From a virus, in IMG/VR virus record IMGVR_UViG_3300045988_104021, positions 1 through 62,869 of that record: DNA of 62,869 bases; one strand, given 5' to 3'. A program made the translations under genes and the position numbers. The first letter of the stretch is position 1. Each line of letters begins with the position of its first letter. The notes below the pieces were generated by a model. It saw nothing but the letters and a program-made list of their open reading frames with translations. It was not told where the DNA came from and ran no database searches. Of the stretch, positions 24,217 to 33,156 are shown one piece after another.

Positions 24217-25167
24217 GTGATAAAGACATATAAGCAGGTAGACGTTCAGAAAGCCGGGAAGGTAATTCCAATCAACGCACTGAAAGCCACGAACAAAATC
24301 CGGAAGTACCTGAACGCAAAGGAGCCGGAACTTGTTTTCTTTTTGCATAACCTTTGGAATGCTCAAGGCAAGGCAATTACATACAAGGAATTGAGAGAAG
24401 CAATCATGGACGGCTATCTCTCGGAGAAGTTGCTGGAAGAGTGGTACCAGGACTATACAAAGTTTGTAGTGGATAAGGTTGCTCCGATGTGGGCGGATGC
24501 CATGAAAGAAGCAAATTCCGAACTGTACAAGAACCCTAAGTTTTATTTTGACCCAATGCAACAAGAGGTTGTGGACTGGACCAACACAAGAGCGGCCATG
24601 TTTGTTACCAGCGTCACGAGGGAACAGGTTGCCGGAATCCGTGAGGTTGTCAAAAGAGCGTCACAACTGAACGATATGAACGTGGACGAACTATCAAGGG
24701 CAATTCGTCCGATGGTTGGTCTTGATTACAGACAGAGCATTGCAAACATGAACTACTACACGAAGATGATCGAGAATGGCGTTAAGACAAGAACCGCTCT
24801 GGAAAAGAGTATAAAGTATTCCGCAAGGCAGAACCGATACAGAGCCTACCGGATAGCACGGACAGAACTTTCCTTTGCGTACAATCAAGGTTCCTACTAT
24901 GGCACAAAGCAAGCACAAGCGCAGGGACTTCTCGGAAGAGTTGAAAAGGTGTGGTGTACGGCAGAGGATGAGCGCACTTGTGAAATATGCGGAGCGTTGG
25001 AAGGTAAGAGGATTGCCATGGACGATGATTTTGAGTTTAGGACAAAACTGATTGAACCTGGAATCAAGAGAGTACCACCAGCACATCCACACTGCCGATG
25101 CACGGTTATCTATGACGAAGTAGAGCCGATCATCTATCCGATGGATGCGGATAACATCAAGCAATAG
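24217..25167 (+). CDS. head morphogenesis protein (MuF / SPP1 gp7 family)
   Basis: CTAEDERTCEICGALEGKRI...PPAHPHCRCTVIY. Confidence 0.85.
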   Translation: MIKTYKQVDVQKAGKVIPINALKATNKIRKYLNAKEPELVFFLHNLWNAQGKAITYKELREAIMDGYLSEKLLEEWYQDYTKFVVDKVAPMWADAMKEANSELYKNPKFYFDPMQQEVVDWTNTRAAMFVTSVTREQVAGIREVVKRASQLNDMNVDELSRAIRPMVGLDYRQSIANMNYYTKMIENGVKTRTALEKSIKYSARQNRYRAYRIARTELSFAYNQGSYYGTKQAQAQGLLGRVEKVWCTAEDERTCEICGALEGKRIAMDDDFEFRTKLIEPGIKRVPPAHPHCRCTVIYDEVEPIIYPMDADNIKQ

Positions 25168-25171
25168 AAAA

Positions 25172-25191
25172 GGGAGCGGTTATCCGCTCCC
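25172..25191. terminator. hairpin terminator (T-run on the minus strand)
   Basis: gggagcgg-ttat-ccgctccc. On the minus strand it is followed by ttttc. Confidence 0.6.
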
Positions 25192-25197
25192 TCGTTG

Positions 25198-25449
25198 TTA
25201 TTTGATTGCACCCTCTCTTTTGAGTGCTTGGAACATCATAGCGTGCAGGTGTGACATTTCAGCACTCAATTCATCCCAAGGCTTGCTAAGATACATATCC
25301 TCTTCCATGTACGGTTCATCTGCCTTGTGATAAAGGCTCAATACTTCGGGACACTCATTGTTTACTACCGCATAATCCCCTTTGTCGTTGATGACCGATT
25401 CAGCCAACCAGATACCGCCACCTGTGTAAGATACTTCGATGTTGCTCAT
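25198..25449 (-). CDS. small hypothetical protein (83 aa)
   Basis: MSNIEVSYTGGGIWLAES.... Last gene of reverse island 1. Confidence 0.5.
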   Translation of the reverse strand: MSNIEVSYTGGGIWLAESVINDKGDYAVVNNECPEVLSLYHKADEPYMEEDMYLSKPWDELSAEMSHLHAMMFQALKREGAIK

Positions 25450-25465
25450 TATGATCCGCTCCTTG

Positions 25466-25759
25466 TTAGTATTCGTCCGGGAAAAGGACAGTTGTAATTG
25501 TCTTGTCGGGCATCTTATCCGTCTTGACCCAGATTCTTCCCTCTGATGTTTCATATGCCCCCATAACATCCATTGTACCGTCCTGTATGCTTCTGTCATT
25601 CAAAAGGGCATCTTCCTCTGATGTTTCTCCCCAATCACCACTCTCAAACTGATGTAAGGACAATACAACCTCTCTGGAAAAACTCTTTGAGTTCTCCATC
25701 TTTGCATTTACACCTCTTGTAACGAATACCTCGCCAATGTTTATTTTTGTTTTGCTCAT
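25466..25759 (-). CDS. small protein of a GDWG...LFPDEY family (paralogue of 55889..56170)
   Basis: HQFESGDWGETSEEDALLND...TITTVLFPDEY. ATG 25759 preferred over TTG 25801. Confidence 0.55.
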   Translation of the reverse strand: MSKTKINIGEVFVTRGVNAKMENSKSFSREVVLSLHQFESGDWGETSEEDALLNDRSIQDGTMDVMGAYETSEGRIWVKTDKMPDKTITTVLFPDEY

Positions 25760-25764
25760 AATAC

Positions 25765-26037
25765 CTAACGCTCCTTTCCGTACTTCGTATCTTTCCCCCA
25801 AAATCTTCCGTTGTAGGAAATCAATCCGATGTACTTTCCGTTCTCGTAAACATTACCGCCGCTCCAGTTACCTGCTCCGAGATCATGCTTGTCGATATAA
25901 TCTCTCACGGCTGACTGACACTCTTCGATGCTATCAAACTGATAATCACCGCTTGGAACACCAAAGAGCGGTTTATCTGGATTCTGTCCTATGTCGATAT
26001 TTCCACAACTTGATAATCTTACTTCGTACTTTTTCAT
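25765..26037 (-). CDS. small hypothetical protein (90 aa)
   Basis: MKKYEVRL...GAGNWSGGNVYENGKYIGLISYNGRFWG. RBS AAAGGA. Confidence 0.5.
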   Translation of the reverse strand: MKKYEVRLSSCGNIDIGQNPDKPLFGVPSGDYQFDSIEECQSAVRDYIDKHDLGAGNWSGGNVYENGKYIGLISYNGRFWGKDTKYGKER

Positions 26038-26053
26038 GATGCTCACATCCTTT

Positions 26054-26287
26054 CTAATCATCTTCTAAATCGTCAATGTTATCTCCCTCATAGGCTTCAA
26101 ACACCGCACTTTTTGAGTATTCATTTCCACCGTATCCGCTCTGGCAAAGATACATTGTGTTTTCGTTTGCACTGAAACAGGTATGGTCTAAGTCAACCTG
26201 CATAGGATATCGTGGTTGGTAGCAAAGTTTTACTTCCATGTTTCCGTCCATGTTTTCAAGTGCTTCTCTCAATTCTTGTACTGTCAT
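26054..26287 (-). CDS. small acidic hypothetical protein (77 aa)
   Basis: Ends EGDNIDDLEDD. RBS AGTGAGGA. Confidence 0.5.
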   Translation of the reverse strand: MTVQELREALENMDGNMEVKLCYQPRYPMQVDLDHTCFSANENTMYLCQSGYGGNEYSKSAVFEAYEGDNIDDLEDD

Positions 26288-26365
26288 AATGTCCTCACTT
26301 TCTACCTTCGTAACCTCCGTGGTGGGTCGCTATTGTTAATGGCTAAGCATATCGTACTGTTTTTG

Positions 26366-26677
26366 TTATTCTGTTCTGTCATGAAGTGACAGAGGATAGT
26401 CAGAATCAAATCTTGAATCGGATGTGTAGCAGATGCAACCGCCGCTCATCCAGCCTACACCAGTAGGTCTTGCTACTGGCTCGATGTGCTTATGTTCTTT
26501 GCCACCCCAAAATGATGTTACAATTTTGCAGAGATTTTCAGGGAGGTTATCCTCATCAATCTCTACGTTTCCATCTTCGCAGATTAGAAGAATTTCATTG
26601 TATCTTTCTGAAATTCCGTGGTTGCTGCAGTTACCGAAACTCTTGTTCTCATAGATACCTACGTTTAATGCTCTCAT
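26366..26677 (-). CDS. small hypothetical protein (103 aa)
   Basis: MRALNVGIYENKSFGNCSNHGISERYNEILL.... RBS AAAGGA. Confidence 0.5.
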   Translation of the reverse strand: MRALNVGIYENKSFGNCSNHGISERYNEILLICEDGNVEIDEDNLPENLCKIVTSFWGGKEHKHIEPVARPTGVGWMSGGCICYTSDSRFDSDYPLSLHDRTE

Positions 26678-26724
26678 GATGTTTATCCTTTCTATCCTCG
26701 TTACCTCCGGGATGGGAATTGTGT

Positions 26725-26886
26725 TTAATATTCCATTCTTAATGCGAACCAGTCCCAGCCATCCCAGCCTTGTTCAGATGCATATTCATCCATATCAATT
26801 CCAAGACAGTCTAATGCTTCATCTACAGTCATGCTGTGGTTTGTCATAATTTCTCCAAGTAAAATGTCATCGTAAAATAATTTCAT
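26725..26886 (-). CDS. small acidic W-rich hypothetical protein (53 aa)
   Basis: MKLFYDDILLGEIMTNHSMTVDEALDCLGIDMDEYASEQGWDGWDWFALRMEY. RBS GAAAGGAA. Confidence 0.45.
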   Translation of the reverse strand: MKLFYDDILLGEIMTNHSMTVDEALDCLGIDMDEYASEQGWDGWDWFALRMEY

Positions 26887-26937
26887 AATAATCACCGTTC
26901 CTTTCTATTTCTGTGTTGTTTCTGTGTTTCTGTAATT

Positions 26938-26993
26938 ATAATACCACGGTACACCGTGGAAGTCAATTAAAAAAATGTAAACAATTTGTAAAC
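26938..26993 (-). promoter_or_regulatory. promoter of reverse island 1 with a dyad operator in the spacer and upstream TGTAAAC boxes
   Basis: On the minus strand: TTGACT (26966-26961), 17-nt spacer containing CCACGGT-gt-ACCGTGG, TATTAT (26943-26938). TGTAAAC at 26976 and 26987, 11 nt apart. Confidence 0.6.
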
Positions 26994-27080
26994 AGAACAA
27001 AGGCAGAATCGGGACAGAACAAATACCGATATATGCGGTATACTAAAATTTGTAAAAAAAGCTATTGAAAAAACAGAATT

Positions 27081-27109
27081 TTTTGTGTAAACTGATATTA
27101 TGCTAGAAT
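27081..27109 (+). promoter_or_regulatory. possible extended -10 promoter restarting rightward transcription
   Basis: TTTTGT, 17-nt spacer, TGc-TAGAAT (27101-27109). Confidence 0.35.
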
Positions 27110-27179
27110 AATTATGAAATTGAATATATAACCCTCGTAACAACAAACCCACGTTTATACCTCGCCTGGAGGTGCCACA

Positions 27180-28427
27180 TTGAAAGCAAAATTATTTTCC
27201 GAAATAGTAAAACTGAATAAATCGGATGCGGATATAGACAAGTTCAATCCGTATCATGATAGCCTTGGCAGATTCACTACCAGCGGTGGTGGTGCATCCT
27301 TTTCTGGTACGTTGCTGCATGGTAGTCCGCACAAGGGCATCAAAGAGTTTGACATGAGCCGTGCCGGTCATAACACTTCAAGCGGTGAAAAACTCTTGTT
27401 CTTCACGGACAGCAAGCAGATGGCAGACGATTTCTCCTATGAGCGCAAGGAAGGGAGCAGTAAATTCTTTCAGCAGCGAGGGAAGAAGGGAAGAGTCTAT
27501 GAAGTTGATGTGGAGATGAAGAATCCACTCGACCTTAGAAAACTAAGTGACAAGGATGTAAGCAACATTCTGAAACTTGATCCGGACGGGATTCTGACAA
27601 AAGAGACCGTTCAGCAGTATGCAAAGAGCAATCACCAGCTTCTGAAAGCTGGATTGAACCTTACGGCGGATTCGCTCAAAGAGTTGGGATATGACGGACT
27701 GATTGCGAACACCGGGAAAGCCGGACACAACTCGATGGAATATGCCGTAGTTGACAGCAAACAGGCGAAGATTAGAAAGAGTGATGATATGTCATTAACC
27801 TTTTCGGAAGTTTTGAAGTTCAATCAAAACCACGACAAACTTGGAAGGTTTGCATCCGGGAATTGTGGAGCGGCTGCAAGTGGCGGAATAAGTCCTGAAT
27901 TTAGAGCAACATTATATCAAGCAGAATCAGACAGCATATGGGAATCTAATGAGGTGTCAACTGTTTATGACAGCAAAGGGAATAAGTTATTTCACAAACA
28001 AGGGACTGAACATAATGTAGAGTTTAGTGATGATGAAATAACTAAGCTAAAAGGAGCAACACTGACACATAACCATCCGAATAATTCTTTTTTTTCAGAA
28101 GAGGATCTGTCTGTGGCTACAGAATATGAACTAAAAGAGATTAGAGCGTGTACGGAACAGGCTATATACTCATTCAAACCAGCAGGAATGACAAATAACT
28201 TAATGTTCAATAACAGATACAAAAAGTTTAATGAAAGCCTGACACAAGAGTTAAAGGATGAATTTCTTAAAAAGATAGATAATCATGAAATGACATCTGA
28301 TGATGCTCAAAAAGAATACATAAAAGAACTTGCCAATCGAAGGTCACAGTTTTTCAAAGAACAGCAGAAGTTTTTTAAGTACGAGTATGAAGAAATTAAA
28401 TGGGATTCATTTGAAGATTTATGGTAA
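27180..28427 (+). CDS. polyvalent-type cargo protein: ART-PolyVal-like ADP-ribosyltransferase plus RadC-like JAB/MPN-like domain
   Basis: Linkers KFNPYHDSLGRF and KFNQNHDKLGRF. ART-like LLHGSPHKGIKEFD...LLFFTDS...GYDGLI...MEYAVVDSKQAKI. C-domain LTHNHPNNSFFSEEDL. Confidence 0.6.
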   Translation: MKAKLFSEIVKLNKSDADIDKFNPYHDSLGRFTTSGGGASFSGTLLHGSPHKGIKEFDMSRAGHNTSSGEKLLFFTDSKQMADDFSYERKEGSSKFFQQRGKKGRVYEVDVEMKNPLDLRKLSDKDVSNILKLDPDGILTKETVQQYAKSNHQLLKAGLNLTADSLKELGYDGLIANTGKAGHNSMEYAVVDSKQAKIRKSDDMSLTFSEVLKFNQNHDKLGRFASGNCGAAASGGISPEFRATLYQAESDSIWESNEVSTVYDSKGNKLFHKQGTEHNVEFSDDEITKLKGATLTHNHPNNSFFSEEDLSVATEYELKEIRACTEQAIYSFKPAGMTNNLMFNNRYKKFNESLTQELKDEFLKKIDNHEMTSDDAQKEYIKELANRRSQFFKEQQKFFKYEYEEIKWDSFEDLW

Positions 28428-28442
28428 AGGTGGTGTTTTGAA

Positions 28443-30527
28443 TTGGGAATAAAGTTAGATTATGAAGAAAACAAAAAACTGAACAAAATCTTTCAAGAGT
28501 TCAAAAACCACTCTGATTCAGAAAATACAAAAAAGAGAATTTCATCATTTAATATCACAAAGGCAGACGAAGATAAAAGGCTCGTCTTTGGATGGGCCTT
28601 GGTATCTGCCGACAAAGACGGAAACAAACTTATCGATCACCAGGGGGATATGGTAGACCCTGACGATTTAGAAGATGGAGCATATGAGTATGTTCTGAAC
28701 TTCCGGGATGCTGGAGAGGAACATATCGGAACGCTCCGAAAGAAAGCACGTATGGTTGAATCGTGCGTGTTTACTCCGGAGAAGATGAAAGCCATCGGAA
28801 TACCAGATGGAACAATCCCGGTAGGCTGGTGGATTGGCTTCTATGTTGACGATGATACGACATGGGAGCGGATTAAGTCCGGAAAGTACAAGATGTTTTC
28901 TATTGAGGGTAAGGCGGTCCGTGAGCCGGTGGATGAGCCGGTTGTGAAATCGGAAGATGAAGATTCCGGAGTGGTTGCAAAGACCTTTTCGGAGATGATC
29001 GAGAAATTCAACCCATATCATGATTCAAAGGGGCGCTTTACATCGGGCAGCGGTGGGAATTATGCATCATTTACCTACGCACCGGGAAAGAGCAAAGCCC
29101 ACGATAATGCTATAGCCAGAGAAAGGGAGAGAGCTGCTAACAGAGGTTCTGGTTCCGATAATTCACCCCACGCAACCTCAAACAAGATCAAGCAGGAGTT
29201 TATAGATTCCGGACTTAATAGCAAATTTGCTGGTGTAAGAAGAAACGCACAAGATGGAAAAGGTGCATACTCTTACAAAGATGCTGTCCCGGTATCAGAA
29301 AGCGATGCGTCAAAAATTAGCGGAATGCAGTTCGTAGAGCATAACGGAAAAACACTTGTACATGGTATTTTGGGAGACCAAAAAGTTTTTTACGCAAACA
29401 ACAGTGACAGTAGAGAAATTAAGGCTTTACGTCAAAAAGCGGAAGAGAGGGGACAAGAGAGGTTAGAAACGGCAAGGCACAGACCAGAGACAAGAACAAC
29501 AACCACAACCTACGATAGATGGAAGAGAAATCATGATAAGAATTTTGCCGACTGGTTTGGTGTTGGAAAGTCAATGACATTTAATGAGATAGCAAAGTTC
29601 AACCCATATCATGACCGCTTAGGCAGATTTACTACCGGCGGTGGCGCAACATCGTTCACAATACGAACCAAAGACCCTAGCAAACAACATATGGCTGACA
29701 TTGCTATTGCTAGGGAAAAGGAACGATCTTCATCCGGTGTAAAAACCGGAAACTACACGGAAACAAAACCTCAACAAAAACCACAAAAAGAAAGTAATAC
29801 AGCAGACACACCACAGAAAAAATCACTACACACCGTAGAAGATAAAATCAGACATCAGTTTTACGAAAGCGCAGCCGTTGTGGATAAAGACGGCAATGTA
29901 CTTTTAAAAAAGGACGGCGCACAATCGCAGGTAGGATTCACTAACAAGGAAGTTAAAATGATGGATGGCAATTCACTAACGCACAATCATCCTTCAAGTT
30001 CCATGTTTTCCACAGAAGACATAACAATGCTTGTTAAAAGCGGTTTATCTGAAATCAGGGCAACGACAAGAGAGGGAATTACCTACAGTGTAAGAAAGGG
30101 AACTGGATATGACAGTACAAAAGGCATGAGGTTCCTTGTCAATTATGACGGAGAAAGAAAATCTGCAATGCGGCACGCACAGGCAACGCTGGATGGCCGT
30201 GGGTACTATGGGAAGATCATGGATGGTAAAATCACGCAGGAGCAGGCTAACCACGATTTTGGTAAAGTAATGTCCTCACAGATGGTGCGCTGGTGCAATA
30301 CGCAATCAAAGAAGTATGGAGTTGATTTTGAAGTGGAACGAAGGGAAGTGCCTAAAAAAGACAAGGTAAACATAGGATATGCTTCAAAGTCATTCAATGA
30401 CGATGATAAGTTTGTACTTGACAGGGACAGTGAAAAGGAAATGCAGGACGCATTTAATGAGTGGTTTAAAAGCCACAAGGAAAAAACAGCAAAATCATTT
30501 AATGACTTTTTGAAAGAAAGGAGATAG
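28443..30527 (+). CDS. XkdF-like prohead protease fused to an unknown domain and a second RadC-like JAB/MPN-like domain
   Basis: ITKADEDKRLVFGWALVS...HQGDMV...MVESCVF...GWWIGFYV...MFSIEGKA resembles PBSX XkdF. Linkers KFNPYHDSKGRF and KFNPYHDRLGRF. SLTHNHPSSSMFSTEDI. Confidence 0.6.
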   Translation: MGIKLDYEENKKLNKIFQEFKNHSDSENTKKRISSFNITKADEDKRLVFGWALVSADKDGNKLIDHQGDMVDPDDLEDGAYEYVLNFRDAGEEHIGTLRKKARMVESCVFTPEKMKAIGIPDGTIPVGWWIGFYVDDDTTWERIKSGKYKMFSIEGKAVREPVDEPVVKSEDEDSGVVAKTFSEMIEKFNPYHDSKGRFTSGSGGNYASFTYAPGKSKAHDNAIARERERAANRGSGSDNSPHATSNKIKQEFIDSGLNSKFAGVRRNAQDGKGAYSYKDAVPVSESDASKISGMQFVEHNGKTLVHGILGDQKVFYANNSDSREIKALRQKAEERGQERLETARHRPETRTTTTTYDRWKRNHDKNFADWFGVGKSMTFNEIAKFNPYHDRLGRFTTGGGATSFTIRTKDPSKQHMADIAIAREKERSSSGVKTGNYTETKPQQKPQKESNTADTPQKKSLHTVEDKIRHQFYESAAVVDKDGNVLLKKDGAQSQVGFTNKEVKMMDGNSLTHNHPSSSMFSTEDITMLVKSGLSEIRATTREGITYSVRKGTGYDSTKGMRFLVNYDGERKSAMRHAQATLDGRGYYGKIMDGKITQEQANHDFGKVMSSQMVRWCNTQSKKYGVDFEVERREVPKKDKVNIGYASKSFNDDDKFVLDRDSEKEMQDAFNEWFKSHKEKTAKSFNDFLKERR

Positions 30528-30529
30528 TC

Positions 30530-31642
30530 ATGAAACATCCAACCAAGTTAAAAAAAATGAAACTGAACAGCGTGGATTTTGTCCGCCGTGGTGCCAACCA
30601 GGCAGCAGACATCGCACTTTATAAGAGTGACGATTATGTGCCGGAGGATGATGACGATGGAAGAAATTCTTTCTTCAAATCAATATCAGATGGCATTACA
30701 AGCGTCTTGAAAAAAGCGTTCGGTGATGGTTCAGAACCCTCCGAATCAATTGACGTAGCAAAGGCAGAGAGCGACCTTACCGCATTCACAAATATGCTCG
30801 GTGAATCGTTCTCAAGCATCATGAAAGACGATACGCTGGATGATTCCGAAAGAGTAGGAATGATTCAGAAAAGCCTTTCAGAGTTCAACGATACTTTAGA
30901 TGGGTATATCTCATCTTTTAGTATATTGGAGAAATCGGGTAGTGATACCCAGCAGAATGATCCGCAGGAAACCGTAAACAAATCAAACAGTAAAGGAGAT
31001 GCAGAAATGAAAATCACAATGGAAAATGTCGATAAAAGCCTTTTAACTCCTGATGAAGCGGCACAGTTTGACGCTTTGATTGCGAAGGCTTGTAAGACAA
31101 AAAAAGCAGATGACCAGGCTACAGAGCCGGACATCGAAAAAGAAGATGGCAAAGAGCCACCGGCCGGAAAAGTAAATCCGGAAGAAAATCAGAAAGAGGA
31201 ACTGGAAAATATGCCACCAGAGTTAAAGAAAGCATTTACCGCTTTGCAGGAGGAAACAGCAAACCTCAGAAAAAGCATGGAAATGAAAGACCTCACTGAG
31301 GTTGCAAAAAAGTATTCTTCTCTCGGCAAAAAGGAAGATGAATTGGTAAACACATTGTATGCCATGAAATCGGCAGGAGAGAGCGTATACAAATCATACC
31401 TCGATGCTCTTGATTCACAGCTCAACATCGTTGAGAAAAGCGGTATGTTTTCCGAAATCGGCAAATCATTTGCTGGCGGATATTCTTCCATTGCAAAGAG
31501 CGAGCCGGAATCCAAGATTGAAGCAATCGCTAAAAGCTACATGGAGAAAGACCCTACAATGGACTACACAAGCGCAGTTGCTAAGGCTTGGGAAAACAAT
31601 CCTGACCTTATGGCAGCCTATGATGATGAATTTAGAGGTTAA
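30530..31642 (+). CDS. scaffolding protein
   Basis: N-terminal VDFVRRGANQ (as at the XkdF N-terminus). Acidic, helical and low in complexity. Lies between the protease and the capsid genes. Confidence 0.6.
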   Translation: MKHPTKLKKMKLNSVDFVRRGANQAADIALYKSDDYVPEDDDDGRNSFFKSISDGITSVLKKAFGDGSEPSESIDVAKAESDLTAFTNMLGESFSSIMKDDTLDDSERVGMIQKSLSEFNDTLDGYISSFSILEKSGSDTQQNDPQETVNKSNSKGDAEMKITMENVDKSLLTPDEAAQFDALIAKACKTKKADDQATEPDIEKEDGKEPPAGKVNPEENQKEELENMPPELKKAFTALQEETANLRKSMEMKDLTEVAKKYSSLGKKEDELVNTLYAMKSAGESVYKSYLDALDSQLNIVEKSGMFSEIGKSFAGGYSSIAKSEPESKIEAIAKSYMEKDPTMDYTSAVAKAWENNPDLMAAYDDEFRG

Positions 31643-31661
31643 AAGAAAGGAGATATAAGTC

Positions 31662-32099
31662 ATGGCAAATGTAAACGGTGTACAGATTAACCAGACTCCT
31701 ACAATCGTAGAGAAAGCAGGAGCGGCTATTGATGATGTACGAAACAAGATTTTGAAGTATGACACAAGCGGAAATGTCGTATTGGCAACCGCTGGCACTG
31801 ATATCCCGGTTGGTATCGCACTCGTTGAAGCCGGCTATAACGACATTACCGGAGCAGAATCCGGAAAAGTCGCAAGCGGTGACGATGTAGATATCCAGAT
31901 TAAGGATATTGGTTATGTTGTTGCAGGAGCGGCCATCACAAAAGGACAGGAAGTAACGGCAGGAACAGGCGGAAAAGCAGCACCAGCCGCTGCTGGAAAT
32001 TATGTTCTTGGATTCGCATTGAACAGCGCATCCGCAAACGGTATGTGCAAGATTCAGATTGCAAAATATCAGAAAGCACCAACAGTTAGTAACACTTAA
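31662..32099 (+). CDS. DUF2190-like head decoration / cement protein
   Basis: G/A/V-rich beta-type sequence (PVGIALVEA...GQEVTAGTGGKAAPAAAGNYVLGFAL), directly upstream of the capsid gene. Confidence 0.55.
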   Translation: MANVNGVQINQTPTIVEKAGAAIDDVRNKILKYDTSGNVVLATAGTDIPVGIALVEAGYNDITGAESGKVASGDDVDIQIKDIGYVVAGAAITKGQEVTAGTGGKAAPAAAGNYVLGFALNSASANGMCKIQIAKYQKAPTVSNT

Positions 32100-32120
32100 A
32101 AAATTAGGAGGTAATAAAAG

Positions 32121-33143
32121 ATGAGAAATACAGCATCAGGCATCCAGGCAGAAATCGCTAAGGGTGCATTTAGACCACATACAGCCTTGTCTAATATGGC
32201 ATTGGCTTACTTTCAGAACGCAGCAAATTACTTTGCGAAAGCAATCTTCCCAATTTGCCCGGTAGATTTATCTTCGGATAACTACTACAAATTCAGCAAA
32301 GAGGATTTGCTCCGTGATGATTGGCAGAGAAAACCGGCTTACGGTAAGGTTCAGCCAGCGGTACTGTCCGAAAGCACAGATACCTATAACTGTAAGGTAG
32401 ACCAGATGATTATGGGTATTGACCAGATTCGTCAGACAGACCTTCAGCGCAGACAGGGACCATCTATCAGAGACCCAAAACAGCAGAGAACAAAAGCAAT
32501 TGCGGAAAAGGCAAACATCCATCAGGACGTATTGTTCGCAAACGACTTCTTCAAAGCTGGAGTATGGAATGATGAATGGGAAGGTGTTGCAAGTTCTGCA
32601 ACCGGAAAGCAGTTCATCAAATTCTCTGATGACAACTCTGAACCTATCAAATTCGTTGATGAAAGAAAGACAGATATGCAGGAATCCACCGGACGTACTC
32701 CAAACAGACTTGCCCTTGGTGCCAATGTATTCAATGCGTTGAAAGAGCATCCGGCAATCTTGGAGCGTGTTAAATATGGCGGTTCTACAGCGAACCCTGC
32801 ATCCGTAACAGAAAAGGTTCTTGCTGAATTGTTCGGAGTTGAGAAGTTAGTTGTTCTCAAATCCATTCAGAACAAAGCCGCTTACGGAGAAGCAGGAAAC
32901 ATGGGATTCATCGGTGATCCTGATGCTTTCCTTTTGGCTTATGCTACAGATGCTCCAGCAGTTGACGAGCCATCTGCTGGTTATATCTTCACATGGGATA
33001 TGCTCGGAAACGGTCAGATGCTTCCAATCCTGAACTATGATGGAGAGCCGGGAACACATTCCGAATATGTTGAGGGCCTTATGGCTTGCGACATGAAGAA
33101 AACGGCTGATGACTTGGCTATGTTCTTCAAGAGTGCAGTGTAA
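32121..33143 (+). CDS. major capsid protein (E-like family)
   Basis: 340 aa. Position after scaffold and decoration genes. Strong RBS AGGAGG. Confidence 0.7.
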   Translation: MRNTASGIQAEIAKGAFRPHTALSNMALAYFQNAANYFAKAIFPICPVDLSSDNYYKFSKEDLLRDDWQRKPAYGKVQPAVLSESTDTYNCKVDQMIMGIDQIRQTDLQRRQGPSIRDPKQQRTKAIAEKANIHQDVLFANDFFKAGVWNDEWEGVASSATGKQFIKFSDDNSEPIKFVDERKTDMQESTGRTPNRLALGANVFNALKEHPAILERVKYGGSTANPASVTEKVLAELFGVEKLVVLKSIQNKAAYGEAGNMGFIGDPDAFLLAYATDAPAVDEPSAGYIFTWDMLGNGQMLPILNYDGEPGTHSEYVEGLMACDMKKTADDLAMFFKSAV

Positions 33144-33156
33144 GAGGTGATTGCTT

